A stretch of 63,811 nt of DNA, counting the filler, from Octopus bimaculoides (Eukaryota), in the NCBI RefSeq assembly GCF_001194135.2. It is 7 parts of 7 records of this genome, joined end to end, with 100 filler letters (N's around TTAATTAATTAA, not from the genome) between each part and the next. Parts side by side here need not be neighbours in the genome. Positions count along the whole stretch, not along the records: positions 23,716 to 42,995 come from NC_068990.1; 6 more parts are not named here. One strand, given 5' to 3'. Position numbers and translations under genes: made by a program. Each line of letters opens with the position of its first letter. Within the stretch, counting starts at the first letter, position 1. Of this stretch, positions 26,491-38,912 are shown one piece after another. The notes under the pieces were generated by a model, which saw nothing but the letters and a program-made list of their open reading frames with translations, searched no databases and was not told the DNA's origin.

Positions 26491-28147
26491 ATTCTTTTAT
26501 TCTTTTACTTGTTTCAGACATTTGACTGCGGCCATGCTATCGTACTGCCTTTAGTCGAGCAAATGAAGCCCAGGACTTATTCTTTGTGAGCCTAGTACTT
26601 ATTCTATCAGTCTCTTTTACCGAACTGCTAAGTTACGGGGACGTAAACCCACCAGCATCGGTTGTCAAGTAATATCGGGGCGGGGTCAAACACAGACACA
26701 CAAACATATACACACATATATATAAATATATATACAGGGGTTGAACAAAATAATGGAAACACTTGCCATCATAGCATCATAATTTAGAAATATCTATAAC
26801 ACCATCAAAAGCTCGTTTATTTTTATGTTTTTTGATTTATTATCAGTGTTGCTTAATATGTTTTGCTAAAATTGTTGTTTTTCAGATATCACCAGAAAAA
26901 GATAATTAAACTTCATTAGAATGACAGATCTATAGGACTTTCAAAGAGGTCAAATTGTTGGTGCTCGTATGGCAAGCGCTAGCATAATGAAAACAGCTGA
27001 AATGTTTGGTGTATCAAGAAGTACTGTCTCGAAAGTAATTATAGCCTTTGAGAAAGAGGAAAAAAACCTCATCGAAGCAAAACTCCAGAAGAAAGCCAAA
27101 ACTTTCAGTTAGGGACTGTTGGACTCTTACACGAATTGTTAGAAAGGATCACAAAAGTATAGCTCCCAAAATTACTGCAGAGCTTAATGACCACCTCGAG
27201 AACCCAGTTTCCACAAAAACTGTTCGCGCGGAGCTGCACAAAGCCAAATTTCGCAGGAGGGCTGCAATCAGAAGACCACTACTTTCAAAAACAAACATTA
27301 CAAAGCATTTAGAGTGGAGTAAAATCCTACAGAATTGGTCCCTTGAGCAGTGGAAGAATGTTATTTTCTTGGATAAGTCATCCTTTACCGTATTCCAACC
27401 ACCGGCCAAGTATACATGTGGAGACAGCCAAAAGAAGCATTTAACCCAGACTGCCTTCTTCCAATTGTTAAACATGGAGGAGGATCTGTGATGATCTGGG
27501 GGCGCTATGTCTTGGAAATCTATTGGCCCAATGGTTTCCCTTCATAGCAGAATTAATAGTCAGGACTATTTAAGCATTTTATTTGATCAAATTCATCCTA
27601 TGGTTGCAGAACTATTTCTGGAGGGAAACGCAATCTTTCAGGATGATAATGCACCAATTCACACAGCTAAAGTTGTTACTGAATGACACGAACATTCTAG
27701 TTAAGTTGAACATCTTATCTGGCCACCACAGTGCCCAGACCTCAATATTTTTGAATATTTATGGTGCATTTTAGAAAAAAAAAATAAGGAGTCAATATCC
27801 TCCATCATCATCACTACAAGAACTGGAGACTGTTTTAGCTGAAGAATAGACAAAAATTCCTTTGGAAACAATTCAAACTTTGTACAAGTCCATAAGTCAT
27901 AGAATTCAAGCTGTAATTACTGCCAAAGGTGGTCCTACCCCATATTAAAATGAATTTGTTTGAATTTTTAAGGTGTTTCCATTATTTTGTCCAACCCCTG
28001 TGTGTGTATATATATATATATACGACGGGCTTCTTTCAGTTTCCATCTACTAAATTCACTCACAGGGCTTTGGTCGGCCGAGACTATAGTAAAAGACACC
28101 CATCCAAGGTACCACACAGTGGGACTGAACCCAGATCCATGTGGTTT
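26491..28147 (-). mobile_element. CORE-type tRNA-derived SINE split by a Tc1 insertion
   Basis: The 3' half (26491-26734) and 5' half (28001-28147) together reconstruct the intact copy at 45560-45955. Confidence 0.88.
26735..28000 (+). mobile_element. Full-length Tc1 (DD34E-type) transposon, 1266 bp, pseudogenised
   Basis: 28-bp TIRs CAGGGGTTG(A/G)ACAAAATAATGGAAACAC at 26735-26762 and 27973-28000. Motifs DFQRGQIVG, WKNVIFLD, KHGGGSVMIWG, FQDDNAPIH, WPPQCPDLN. Confidence 0.95.
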
Positions 28148-28164
28148 TATATATATATATATAT

Positions 28165-30430
28165 ATATGCATATACACATTTTGTAGACTACGACTTCAG
28201 AAAAAATATTTTTAGCATAAAATACACACNNNNNNNNNNCAATATAAATGCTAACACATTAATTCATATAGTACCAACTTGTAAATAACGAACCATGCAA
28301 TCTACTCTCTTGAAAATGTATTTCTGTAAAATGTTGGGGGGGTTGAAATTTCTGAGGGTTCCACGCCACCAACCCCCGTTTTCCAGATAAAATAAGTGTT
28401 CTGTGGCATGTTAGGAGGTCACCGTAATTTATTCAAAGGAAAAAGAAATTTTCCAGTAATTCCTGGATGGAGGTGGCGTCCGATTCCCTCCCACCTTTTC
28501 CGAACAAAAATAAGTGGGTAACAGTACATTAGGCAGTCATGGTACTTGATTCCACACAAAAAAATCTGATTTTTTTTTTTACGCATGCGTTTCATTTAGA
28601 AAATAAAAACCTCGAGCTTGTAGGGGGTCGAATTTTGGCCCTTGCCCATATAAGGGGATGTAGCCCCCTCTCCCTATACGACCCTTCTGATTTTTTTCTT
28701 TTCAGCGGTATCATACCAAATTTGACATGAAGGTTTTTCATTACTCAGGGAAGGTACTAGGGGGTCAAATTTTTGCCCTTGCCCATAGAGGGAGCTGTAT
28801 CCCCACCCCCTATACGACCCTTTCAATTTTTTTTTCAGCAGTATAATATTGCTTTGCTTTTATTCTTTCACTTTTGATAAGACGATAACATTGTTTCACT
28901 TTTACTCTTTCATTTTTTATAATACTATAATATTGTTTCACTTTTATCTCTAAAATTCACTGTGTGTATGTGTGTGTGTGTATAGCATGTCAGATGGAAT
29001 CTCAATACAGAAGGGAGATGAGACTTTCCCAAAATTTCCAAATGAAATTAATGGCATGTACTGCTCAGGTGGTAGGGCAAGATTGCCAGCACTACCATCT
29101 CCTCCTCAACCTCTTATAAATCTGCTGGAAAGCACTTCCATCCAATCAAAGGATTTTCTGAACAGTATCAGACAATTCTGCCTTTCAAATGACATCGTTT
29201 GGTGCATCTAAAGAGAAAGTTGAACATTTACGCCAACGTTCAAAGTTCAAGGGCTAGTTTATCACCTCATTGCTTCCCTGCTACCCACTAATGAACAACC
29301 ACACTTCCTCCAAATTTACTTCGTAAGTAATGTAAGACAACAAATCCAAAGGAAGTGTCAAAACTTCAGACGATGGGTCATGTTAGACGCAGTGCCGACT
29401 ACCGCAAAGGAGAGTATATATATTTTTGGTGTGTTTAAAAATCACATACCCCCACCCTGAATTACCATGACAGGTTAGAGCCTGGAATACTCCAAACAGA
29501 GGCATGACATGTTGCATCATTTACTCCACAAATGTTTCATCGTCAATGCTGCATTTTCCTGCATCACCTGTTTCAACATAACTAATGAATATATACAAAC
29601 TATGCTATTTTGATCCTGAGCAATGCCGGGTATCTCTGCTAGTCTATATCTATAAAATTCTGTGTGTGTGTGTGTGTTTCCTCTATACATGGTTAAACTG
29701 CTGGATCAATCTGTACAAAACTTGGCATGAAGGTTTTTCATTACTTGTGGAAGGTTCTTGGGGTGTCAAATGTTGACCCCCTATACGACTCTTCCAATTT
29801 TTTTTTTTTTTACATCAAGGTATGAAATAAGTACTTTTCTGAAACTAACTCTTGTGTGTGTATCTACATATACATACACACTCTTATATATGTGTGTGTG
29901 TGTATGCATACACACACACACATACACATTTCGTAGACCACGACTTCAGAAAAAATACACACAATATAAATGTTAACTAGTACCAACTAGTAAATATTTA
30001 TTCAATAACGAACCATGTAATCCACACTCTTAAAAACGTATTTCTGTAAAATGTTGCGGNNNNNNNNNNNNNNNNNNNNNNNNNNNNNNNNNNNNNNNNN
30101 NNNNNNNNNNNNNNNNNNNNNNNNNNNNNNNNNNNNNNNNNNNNNNNNNNNNNNNNNNNNNNNNNNNNNNNNNNNNNNNNNNNNNNNNNNNNNNNNNNNN
30201 NNNNNNNNNNNNNNNNNNNNNNNNNNNNNNNNNNNNNNNNAGTCTTTTGTGGAATATTAGGAGGCTAACGTAATTCCTATGATTCCGAGATGGGGGCGGA
30301 TTTCCTCCACCACCACCTTTTTTCGAAACAAAACTAAGGAGTTTGCAGCACATTGGGAGGTCAGAGCACTTGATTCCACGCAAAAAAATCCGAGATTTTT
30401 TTTTTTCTTGTTAATAAAACGCATGCAGGT
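28165..30430 (+). mobile_element. Helitron-derived mosaic/tandem array
   Basis: Direct repeat 28165-28590 vs 29915-30430. ~125-bp subrepeats at 28615-28850 and 29725-29810. Hairpin-CTAG end at 29615-29643, followed immediately by a TCTATATCTATAAAA start. Confidence 0.7.
28975..29400 (+). pseudogene. Helitron RepHel N-terminal coding fragment
   Basis: CSGGRARLPALPSPPQPLINLL..SKDFLNSIR, then NSAFQMTSFGAS and FTPTFKVQGLVYHLIASLLP..PHFLQIYF. These are typical RepHel motifs, frameshifted. Confidence 0.85.
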
Positions 30431-31289
30431 GTACTTAACAAAATTTACCAAACTTTTTTCCATTGCACTGCCAAATAATTTATGTATATGAGATGTTTGG
30501 TCTCACTGTCAGTTTAGTATAAAGATCTGCGCACTTTTGTGGGGAAGGGGTCATCAGTAATCTAACCTGAGTAGGGATTGTAATGAATGTCACTGGACAG
30601 TGAGGCTTCTGTTTTAAATGCATGCATTCTCAGAACACTTTAATATCCATGGTGATTGCCAAGCGTTGTTCAAATTTTTGAAGCCTGCTTTTGGTCACCT
30701 TGATATAGCTAGACGATTTGTAACGTTGCATTCTTTTGGTCTGCTTAAACCTGTACCCAGATTTAAATCTGTTCGATATCTCGGTGTTCTTTATTGGCAA
30801 GGGGGACTTTGCAAACTCATTTACATAATGCTACAGGGTTTGGGAGTACATATATACGAGGAGAAAATATCACATAAATTTTTCACATTTCAATGTCTAG
30901 AATTGCCTCTAAGTCATTAAAAGTTGTGTCCCTTTATTCGTTGTTTTACAGACTGGATGCATGCTGCTATAAACCATACAACCACATTCATTTAACACCT
31001 CAGTTGTACTATTACAACGACTTTGTGCAATGACCATTTAATAGAATTAGTACTTCCTAAAGATAATCGTTATTTAGTTATATTCCCCTTTCATCAGTGT
31101 AAACTTGAACTGCCAAGAAATAAACTAATTAAGTTCAAAATTATTTTTAATGCTAAACTTTTTGGAATATTTTGGGGAAAATAACAGAAGAAAACTAATC
31201 AGGAAATATATATATCTATGACTTTTAGAGAAAAAGTGTCGTGGAAAAAATTAATTCCTGCCTAAATAAGGTTACTTGATGTAAACTTT

Positions 31290-32075
31290 TACTGTCCCAC
31301 CCGTCTCACTCTGCAGTAGAGCAATACTTCTATAGTTACCACACAATGTTCTTGCTCCTTTTCCTTTATAGTGAGGAAGAATAATTGCGTCCTTCCAATC
31401 CTTAGGTATTGCACCATCCCTCCACATTGCATATGTAGGGACTGTATGATGTAATCACCAACAAATTGCAAGACCAGTACAAATGCCATCATTTCCAGAT
31501 ACCATACCAAGATTCAATTTACTCATTGATGCCATTACTTCATCTACTGAGGGCGTGGAATTTAAGGAGCCAATGATAGGTCTTTCACTGTTTCGTCCAC
31601 AACTGACCCATAGGTTTCGAAGTTCAGAGAAGTGTTTGATCCAGCGACCTGCAATTTCTGTTGATTTAGTAAATAGAGTGGAAAACTCATTAGAAAGCAA
31701 AGGAGCTGATGTGGAGCTCTTAGGCCCATAAACTTGCTTCATAAGATGGTAAAGCTTCTTGCTGTCATTTGCATCAGCAGCAGCCTCAACATCACGAGCA
31801 AGATCCTTCCACCAAGTGTTCTGCATCTTCTTGAGAGATCACTGCAGTAATGATTTTACACTGCTATAGTGGGCAAGTACTAGATTTCCCTGCACAACAG
31901 AAAGTTTTCCCATGCTGCAGTAAGCAAGTCAGAAGCTCTTTCTTCAACACAGCATTATATATCTCGTGGACATTCAGACACCGGGGAATGCTGACTGGCC
32001 CTCTCCTCTCTTTTACTCTAATCATCATCTGGAAGTTTGCTCGCACCAGACTATGATCTGTCCAGCATTCCGATC
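31290..32075 (-). mobile_element. RTE-clade LINE fragment (endonuclease end/linker/RT start)
   Basis: CWTDHSLV; WWKDLARDVEAAADANDSKKLY..KQVYGP; WKDAIILPHYKGKG..CGNYRSI. Confidence 0.82.
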
Positions 32076-32079
32076 CATG

Positions 32080-32225
32080 AAAAGACTTACAAATAGATGT
32101 ATTAGTATAACGCTCAGGAATTGAGAAAGTCTTTAACGTTTCGAGCCTATGCTCTTCCACAGAAAGAAACAAGGAGAGACATAAAATGTGTGTAGTGGTC
32201 AGCAATCTATCATGGCGAATCATAT
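32080..32225 (-). mobile_element. Short dispersed repeat with hammerhead-like motif (copy A)
   Basis: Homologous to 42030-42225 and 53720-53860. Motif at 32130-32167. Confidence 0.7.
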
Positions 32226-32314
32226 ATATATATATATTTACATATATTCCACTGCTTCATCACTTCATGGAAGAAAAATAAGGAAAACAGAAAATATATA
32301 TTTATAAGGGCTTG

Positions 32315-32412
32315 TTGTTTTTACCCAGAACATGGACTGCTTGTTTATACCCAAGAAATGGACTTGTTTACACCCAAGGAATGGACTTGCTGTTTGTAGT
32401 CAAGAAATGTGC
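32315..32412. repeat. Degenerate 23-26-bp tandem repeat x4 (TTGTTT..ACCCAAG.AATGGAC)
   Basis: Directly visible. Confidence 0.75.
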
Positions 32413-33059
32413 AACACACACGTTATAATTACTTCTATAACATAACAATTTAAAGGTATGTTAAAGACAATTTATTTTGATAACACAAATTGTCTGCATA
32501 AAGAATTTTAAAAATTGGAAAAGAGTGGCAAGTTTTGTAAATAGGGGCAGGGTAAGGTTGAATATTTAAGAGAATTTGCAGCGTGTAAGATGTTAGTAAG
32601 CAATTCCAAAACAACAAAAGCCGTTACTTTCACTGCAAAATTTAAATTTCGTTTGTGTCTAAATATTTTCGTTCTTTGAAACCATGGCAAACCCCTGACA
32701 AAAACTCGTGCTTCATCTATTTTGTCAGTAAACAAGTCTCGGTTTCAAAGCAATGAAAATATCGACATTGAAATGAGATTTAAATGTTGCAGTGAAACAA
32801 CCATTTCTCTTTGTGTGTGTGTGTGTTCTTGATATTCGTTCAGAGCAAGTTGTGTTACCTCTCTTACACTCTTTTTCTTTAGTTTTTTGGCTCCGGTGAG
32901 GCGTCTTGGAACATTCACGATGTGAATGTTCCGAGTCCTCTCCCCACCCACTCCCGTTCGCAAGCACGCATTTCTTTTTCAAATTCGTTCACAGCAAGTT
33001 GTTTTACACCTATTATACTAATTTTTTTTTGTTTTTGAGCTCGGGTCAAAAGCTTTAGT

Positions 33060-33305
33060 TTAACCAAATTCAGTATGTATGTATGTATGTATGTATATTT
33101 GTGTGTGTGTCTGTGGTTCTTCCCTAACCATCGCTTGACAGCTGATGTTGGTATGTCTACGTCCTTGTATCTTAGCAGTTAAGCAAAAGATACCGATAGA
33201 ATAAGAACTAGGCTTATAAAGAATAAGTCCTGAGATCGATTCGTTCAACTAAAGACGGTGCTCCAGCTTGGCCACAGTCAAATGACTGAAACAAGTAAAA
33301 GAATA
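33060..33305 (+). mobile_element. 3' half of the CORE-type SINE
   Basis: CATCGCTTGACA..GATACCGATAGAATAAG..AAATGACTGAAACAAGTAAAAGAAT. Confidence 0.85.
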
Positions 33306-34239
33306 TATATATATATATGTCTGTAGATATATTTATATGTGTGTGTGTGTGTGTGTATATATGTATATATATATATAACCCTAACCCTAACCCCACTCGT
33401 ATGCCCTCCCTCCTCATCACCCACCTCAATCCCCCTCCCACAGACACGATCACACACGCAGACACTCCAAACCCCCACCCACCCCGTTTTATCACAGCTT
33501 ATAATACCAAAAACTCAAAGCTTAAAAAAGCCTTTAAAAGCATTAATATTGTTTCACCATTTGCTCAACCGACTGATATAATCATCCCCCTTCACATAAA
33601 ATATATTTTTATTGACAACCCAAGCTTAATCGAATTAGCTAAAACTTTATCAAAGGACATGAATCCTCAAAACAGACTTTGGAATTACACTATAGCATAA
33701 ACTTATTAGGACCCCACAATCCATGGATAAGGAAGAGGTGGAGCCCCACTTTTAAGGTAAGATGTCCTCCTTGTCTTTTCTTAATATAAGCTGTATAAAT
33801 GTGCGCAGCCATCAAATTGCTTTGTAACTCATCTAAACTTTTAAATCCATAATTAGGATTTCTTACTATTGCCGATGTATCTTATAACTTTTAATGCTTA
33901 TTTCAATGCCTTTTAACCTTAAATTTAAATTTAATATGATTTTTAATCAGTATATAAACCTTTATTTATTTACCCTTTTCATGTACATTTTTACCTCATA
34001 TAACATTTCTTTCTCAATAATATACAGATATGTTCCTTGTCTTGATGTAATTTTATGTTATATGCATGTATGTATGTATTTATGTATTTATTATGTTGAT
34101 GAAAATCATAAATACAAAATGATTATCTAAATCTTTGTCTCCTCTTATATCAAGTTATATAATGCCTAAGGTCCCAGGTCCGACCTGAGCACTTCCAAGC
34201 AATTGGGTAAAAAACTTTTTTGAAAGCAAAAAACAATAT

Positions 34240-34317
<78 letters not shown>

Positions 34318-34371
34318 TATGTATGTATACATATATATGTGTGTTTGTGTGTGTGTGTGTGTGTAGTGTAG

Positions 34372-36265
34372 ATTATTGTCTAGTGATGCATTGGATAGGA
34401 ATAATTACAGAGGCTTCAAATTGTTGGATCAAGTGATGAAAGTCACGGAGAGGGTCATAGCTCAACTAATTAGAGAGAGAGTCAGTTTAGACGATATGCA
34501 GTTTGGGTTTGTGCTAGGGAGAAGCATCACTGATGATATATTCCTGGTCAGACAGCTGCAGGAGAAATTCCTAGCCAAATGTAAACCTCTGCACTTTGGT
34601 TGACATAAGGAAAGCCTTTGACAGGTCCCTCGATCCCTTATCTGGTGGTCAGTGCGGAAACTAGGGATAGATGAATGGTTAGAGAGAGCTGCACATGCCA
34701 TGTACAGGAATGCTGTTAGTAAGGTGAGGGTTGGCTATGAGTACAGTGGAGAATTCTGGGTTGAAGTAGGGGTTCACCAAGGATCAGTTCTCAGCCCTCT
34801 CTTATTCATCATAGTCCTCCAGGAAATAACAGAAATTCAAGATAGGCTGCCCTTGGGAGCTCCTTTATGCTGATGACCTTGCTTTAATAGCTGAGTCACT
34901 ACCAGAGCCAGAGGAGAACTTTCAGGTGTGGAGGCAAGGTCTAGAATTGAAGGGCCTTAGAGTCAATCTAGCAAAAACCAAAGTCTTAGTAAGTAGGAAG
35001 ACAGACAAATCACAAATCCCTTTAGGTAGATGGCCCTGCTCGATCTGTAGAAAAGGCGAAGGTAGAAACTCCATAAGATGTACCCAGTGTAAGCTTGGAC
35101 ACATAAGCTGTGCAGCAATATCAAAAGAAGATCAACTAGGAAGATAGCTTTTGTGTGTGGCAGATGCACAGATACAATAAACACTGATAATGTGCAGAAA
35201 ACAGACTCTGTCACAAGCCAGGGGGGAAAACTAAAAGTAGTTGATAGCTTCTGTTACGTAGATGAACAAGTCACTTGTGGATTTGGTTGCTCTGTGAGCG
35301 TAGCTGCTAGAATAAGAATAGGCTGGGTAAAGTTCAGAGAGCTTCCATCTCTACTGGTAACAAAGCGCCTCTCGCTCAGAGTGAAAGGTAGACTGTATGA
35401 TGCATGGATTTGAACACTCATGCTACACGTCAGTGAAACATGGGCTGTGACTGCTGAGGACATGTATAGGCTTGAAAGAAACGAAGCTAGTAGACTACAC
35501 TGGATGTGTAATGTCTGTGCATACATGAGTGTAAGTGCCCTGAGAGAAAAGTTGGACATAAAAAGTGTCAGATGCAGTGTGCAAGAGAGACGACTGTGCT
35601 GGTATGGCTATGTGTTGCATGTGGATGAGGACAGCTGTGTGAAGAAGTGTGGAGGGAACCTGTCATAGAGATAGACCCAGGAAAACCTGGGATGAGGTGG
35701 TGAAGCATGATCTTCGAATGCTGGGCCTCACAGAGGGAATGACAAGTGACCGAGACCTTTGGAGATATGTTATGCATGAGAAGACCCGGCAAGCCAAGTG
35801 AGATCATAGGTGTGACTGATGCCAGTATTGCATAACTGTCCAATTCAAAAATACCCTTCAATCATCGGGCAATACACTGTACTTGAGAAGACCTGTTGAG
35901 TCTAGTGAAATTGTTGTTGTGACCAATGCCAGTGCCACCTGATGCCAGTGCCACCCATGCCAGTGGCGAGAAAAAAGCACCATCCATGTGTGGCTGATAT
36001 CAGTGCTGGTTGCAAATAAAAAGCACCATTTAAGTGTGGTTGATGCCGGTGCCACCTGATTGGCCTCATGCCGGTGATACGTAAAAAGCACTTGCTACAC
36101 TCTCAGAGGGCATCCAGCTGTAAAAGCCTTGCCAGATCAGATTGGAGCCTGGTGCAGCCTCCTGGTGCAGCCTCCTGGCTTGCCAGTCCCCGGTCAAACG
36201 GTCCAATCCATGCCAGCATGCAAAATGGACGTTAAACAATGTTGATGATGGTGATGATGATGATA
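34372..36265 (+). mobile_element. RTE-clade LINE, 5'-truncated, RT plus 3' UTR
   Basis: NNYRGFKLLDQVMK, MQFGFV, KAFDRVP, GVHQGSVLSPLLF, LYADDL. 3' UTR ends GGACGTTAAAC..(GAT)n. Confidence 0.92.
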
Positions 36266-37374
36266 TATGGTGATGCAAACAGGAAAAGTAGAACTCAAAA
36301 TNNNNNNNNNNNNNNNNNNNNNNNNNNNNNNNNNNNNNNNNNNNNNNNNNNNNNNNNNNNNNNNNNNNNNNNNNNNNNNNNNNNNNNNNNNNNNNNNNNN
36401 NNNNNNNNNNNNNNNNNNNNNNNNNNNNNNNNNNNNNNNNNNNNNNNNNNNNNNNNNNNNNNNNNNNNNNNNNNNNNNNNNNNNNNNNNNNNNNNNNNNN
36501 NNNNNNNNNNNNNNNNNNNNNNNNNNNNNNNNNNNNNNNNNNNNNNNNNNNNNNNNNNNNNNNNNNNNNNNNNNNNNNNNNNNNNNNNNNNNNNNNNNNN
36601 NNNNNNNNNNNNNNNNNNNNNNNNNNNNNNNNNNNNNNNNNNNNNNNNNNNNNNNNNNNNNNNNNNNNNNNNNNNNNNNNNNNNNNNNNNNNNNNNNNNN
36701 NNNNNNNNNNNNNNNNNNNNNNNNNNNNNNNNNNNNNNNNNNNNNNNNNNNNNNNNNNNNNNNNNNNNNNNNNNNNNNNNNNNNNNNNNNNNNNNNNNNN
36801 NNNNNNNNNNNNNNNNNNNNNNNNNNNNNNNNNNNNNNNNNNNNNNNNNNNNNNNNNNNNNNNNNNNNNNNNNNNNNNNNNNNNNNNNNNNNNNNNNNNN
36901 NNNNNNNNNNNNNNNNNNNNNNNNNNNNNNNNNNNNNNNNNNNNNNNNNNNNNNNNNNNNNNNNNNNNNNNNNNNNNNNNNNNNNNNNNNNNNNNNNNNN
37001 NNNNNNNNNNNNNNNNNNNNNNNNNNNNNNNNNNNNNNNNNNNNNNNNNNNNNNNNNNNNNNNNNNNNNNNNNNNNNNNNNNNNNNNNNNNNNNNNNNNN
37101 NNNNNNNNNNNNNNNNNNNNNNNNNNNNNNNNNNNNNNNNNNNNNNNNNNNNNNNNNNNNNNNNNNGAATAAAGTAAGAAAAACAATTAAATTGTGGAAA
37201 AATTAAATGAAATGTTTTTTTTTTAAGATATTTCCATACTCTTGAAATAGGTAGGACATTTTCCTTTCTTTTTTTTCTGTCTGTCTCTCTCTTTTATTTT
37301 ATTAGGTAGTAGCAGATCTGAAGAAAAAGTTAATATGAGGAGTGTTGGTTCTGGATTTTGATCAAGGAAGGATG

Positions 37375-37525
37375 TGGAGAAGGAGAAGAAGGAGAGGGAG
37401 AAGAAGGAGAAGAAGGAGAGGAAGAAGAAGAAGAAGGAGAGGAGAAGAGAAGAAGTAGAAGAAGGAGAGGAGAAGAGAAGAAGTAGAAGAAGGGGAGGAG
37501 AAGTAGAAGAAAAAGAAAAAGATGG
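37375..37525 (+). repeat. Pure-purine (GAA/GGA/AGA) tract
   Basis: ~150 bp almost devoid of pyrimidines. Confidence 0.9.
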
Positions 37526-37574
37526 GAGTGGTATGACAGTATTAGACTGTTCATGGCCTTCAATGGTCAAATGA

Positions 37575-38720
37575 CCTAAAAGTGACCTGTTGTGGTTGTA
37601 GCAGTAGTGATTGGAATTATGCTGAATAAATTGACTTTTCATTGACTTGGGCTGTCTTTTACTCTTTATGATGGTGTGAATTTGGAGGATTCATTCTGTG
37701 GTCCCTTTTTAGTAGAGGAATGTTCTGGTGGATGGTGTCAAAGGCTTCATTGTTAAGGGGTTGTGTGTGGATATGTATGGTAGGGCTTTTGGTTGTAAAT
37801 CCTTTTTCAGTTTGGAATGTCTGAGTTCGTGGATGTTGAGTTGTTGGGCACATTGAAAACCTGTATCAATTAATGATGGTGGGTAGTTCCTGCTGATGAG
37901 CATATCCTTTGGTTCATGTACTTATGTGTCCCTGGTGCTTGTATCAGATACTATAGTACAAATCCTTTTTGCCAGGTTGAAGGGGATATTCATTCTAGTG
38001 TGTCTGGGGTGACATGAGTTGAAAGGTTGATATTGCTTGGTATCTGTGGACTTATAGTATATGTCTGTCTCTGTTTTGTTGTTTGATTTTTTAATCAGGA
38101 TGTCGAGGATTGGAAGTTGTTGATGGCTATATTCCACCATAAATTGAATGTTTATGTAAAGTCCATTTAGAAGGGTTTGAAATTCTTTAAGTCACTCTAT
38201 ACTTTCATGCCAAAGAATGAAGCAGTCATCTAGATACCTCTTCCAGTTATTTTATATGTAGAGGGAGAATGGGTTGCCGTATTTTTCTAGTAACTGACAA
38301 TAAAGATTGATTTCTAGGTATCCCATGACTAGGTTAGCAAAGGAAGGGGCTATTCTCATACCCATCGCAGTTATCTTTGAAGATGAAGAAGTTATTTTCC
38401 AAGATGAATTTTAGCCCTTCTATTACAAATTCCTTTTTGATGCAGTGTGGGAGTTCATTGGAGTAATTCTCTAGCTGGAATTGGATTGCCTCTATTCCTA
38501 GGCAGTGGAAGATATTAGAATAGTGGTTGACTACATCAAATGATACTAGTAGGGCATTTTTATTTATTGTTTCAGGGAGGTGACTGAGCATATCTAGGTC
38601 GTCCTTTTGATATGTTTGAGGAATGGTTTCAAGAGGGCATCTAAAAAGTTACTGAAGCAGTAAATTTTGCATGCTTTTATAGGTCTTAATTCAAGGTCAT
38701 TAGGAGTAGACAGCTTGATT
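37575..38720 (-). mobile_element. Penelope-like element reverse transcriptase/thumb fragment
   Basis: LLVSFDVVNHYSNI, FILENNFF, APSFANLVMGYLE, WKRYLDDCFILW, LDILIKK..TDIYYKSTDTKQY..FNSCHP, RNYPPSLI. Confidence 0.88.
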
Positions 38721-38838
38721 ATTATTTATATATTATCTGAATATACATTCTAAACATGCACACATATTCATACAGTAAACAAACTACAGCAGATGTGGTG
38801 ATACCTTTGTTAATCAACAACATATCACACTCACTTAC

Positions 38839-38912
38839 CCCTTTATTGCCATATGTGTTAATGACCTGTCACAGTTTGCTAGTTGTTAGAAGTCCATTTA
38901 AACTTTAATAAC
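38839..38912 (-). other. Candidate 74-nt host exon (non-coding, or bearing a start codon: ATG GCA ATA AAG GG)
   Basis: Acceptor TTTTTACTTGTTTTTTAG|G and donor GG|GTAAGT in non-repeat sequence. All three frames contain a stop. Confidence 0.4.

Noticed and set aside
33376-33393. (TAACCC)3 as a telomere remnant or telomere-targeting PLE junction; adjacent ORF 33317-33700
   Set aside because: Only three units amid other microsatellites. The neighbouring peptide (FITAYNTKNSKLKKAF) only faintly recalls a PLE linker, which is insufficient to call.
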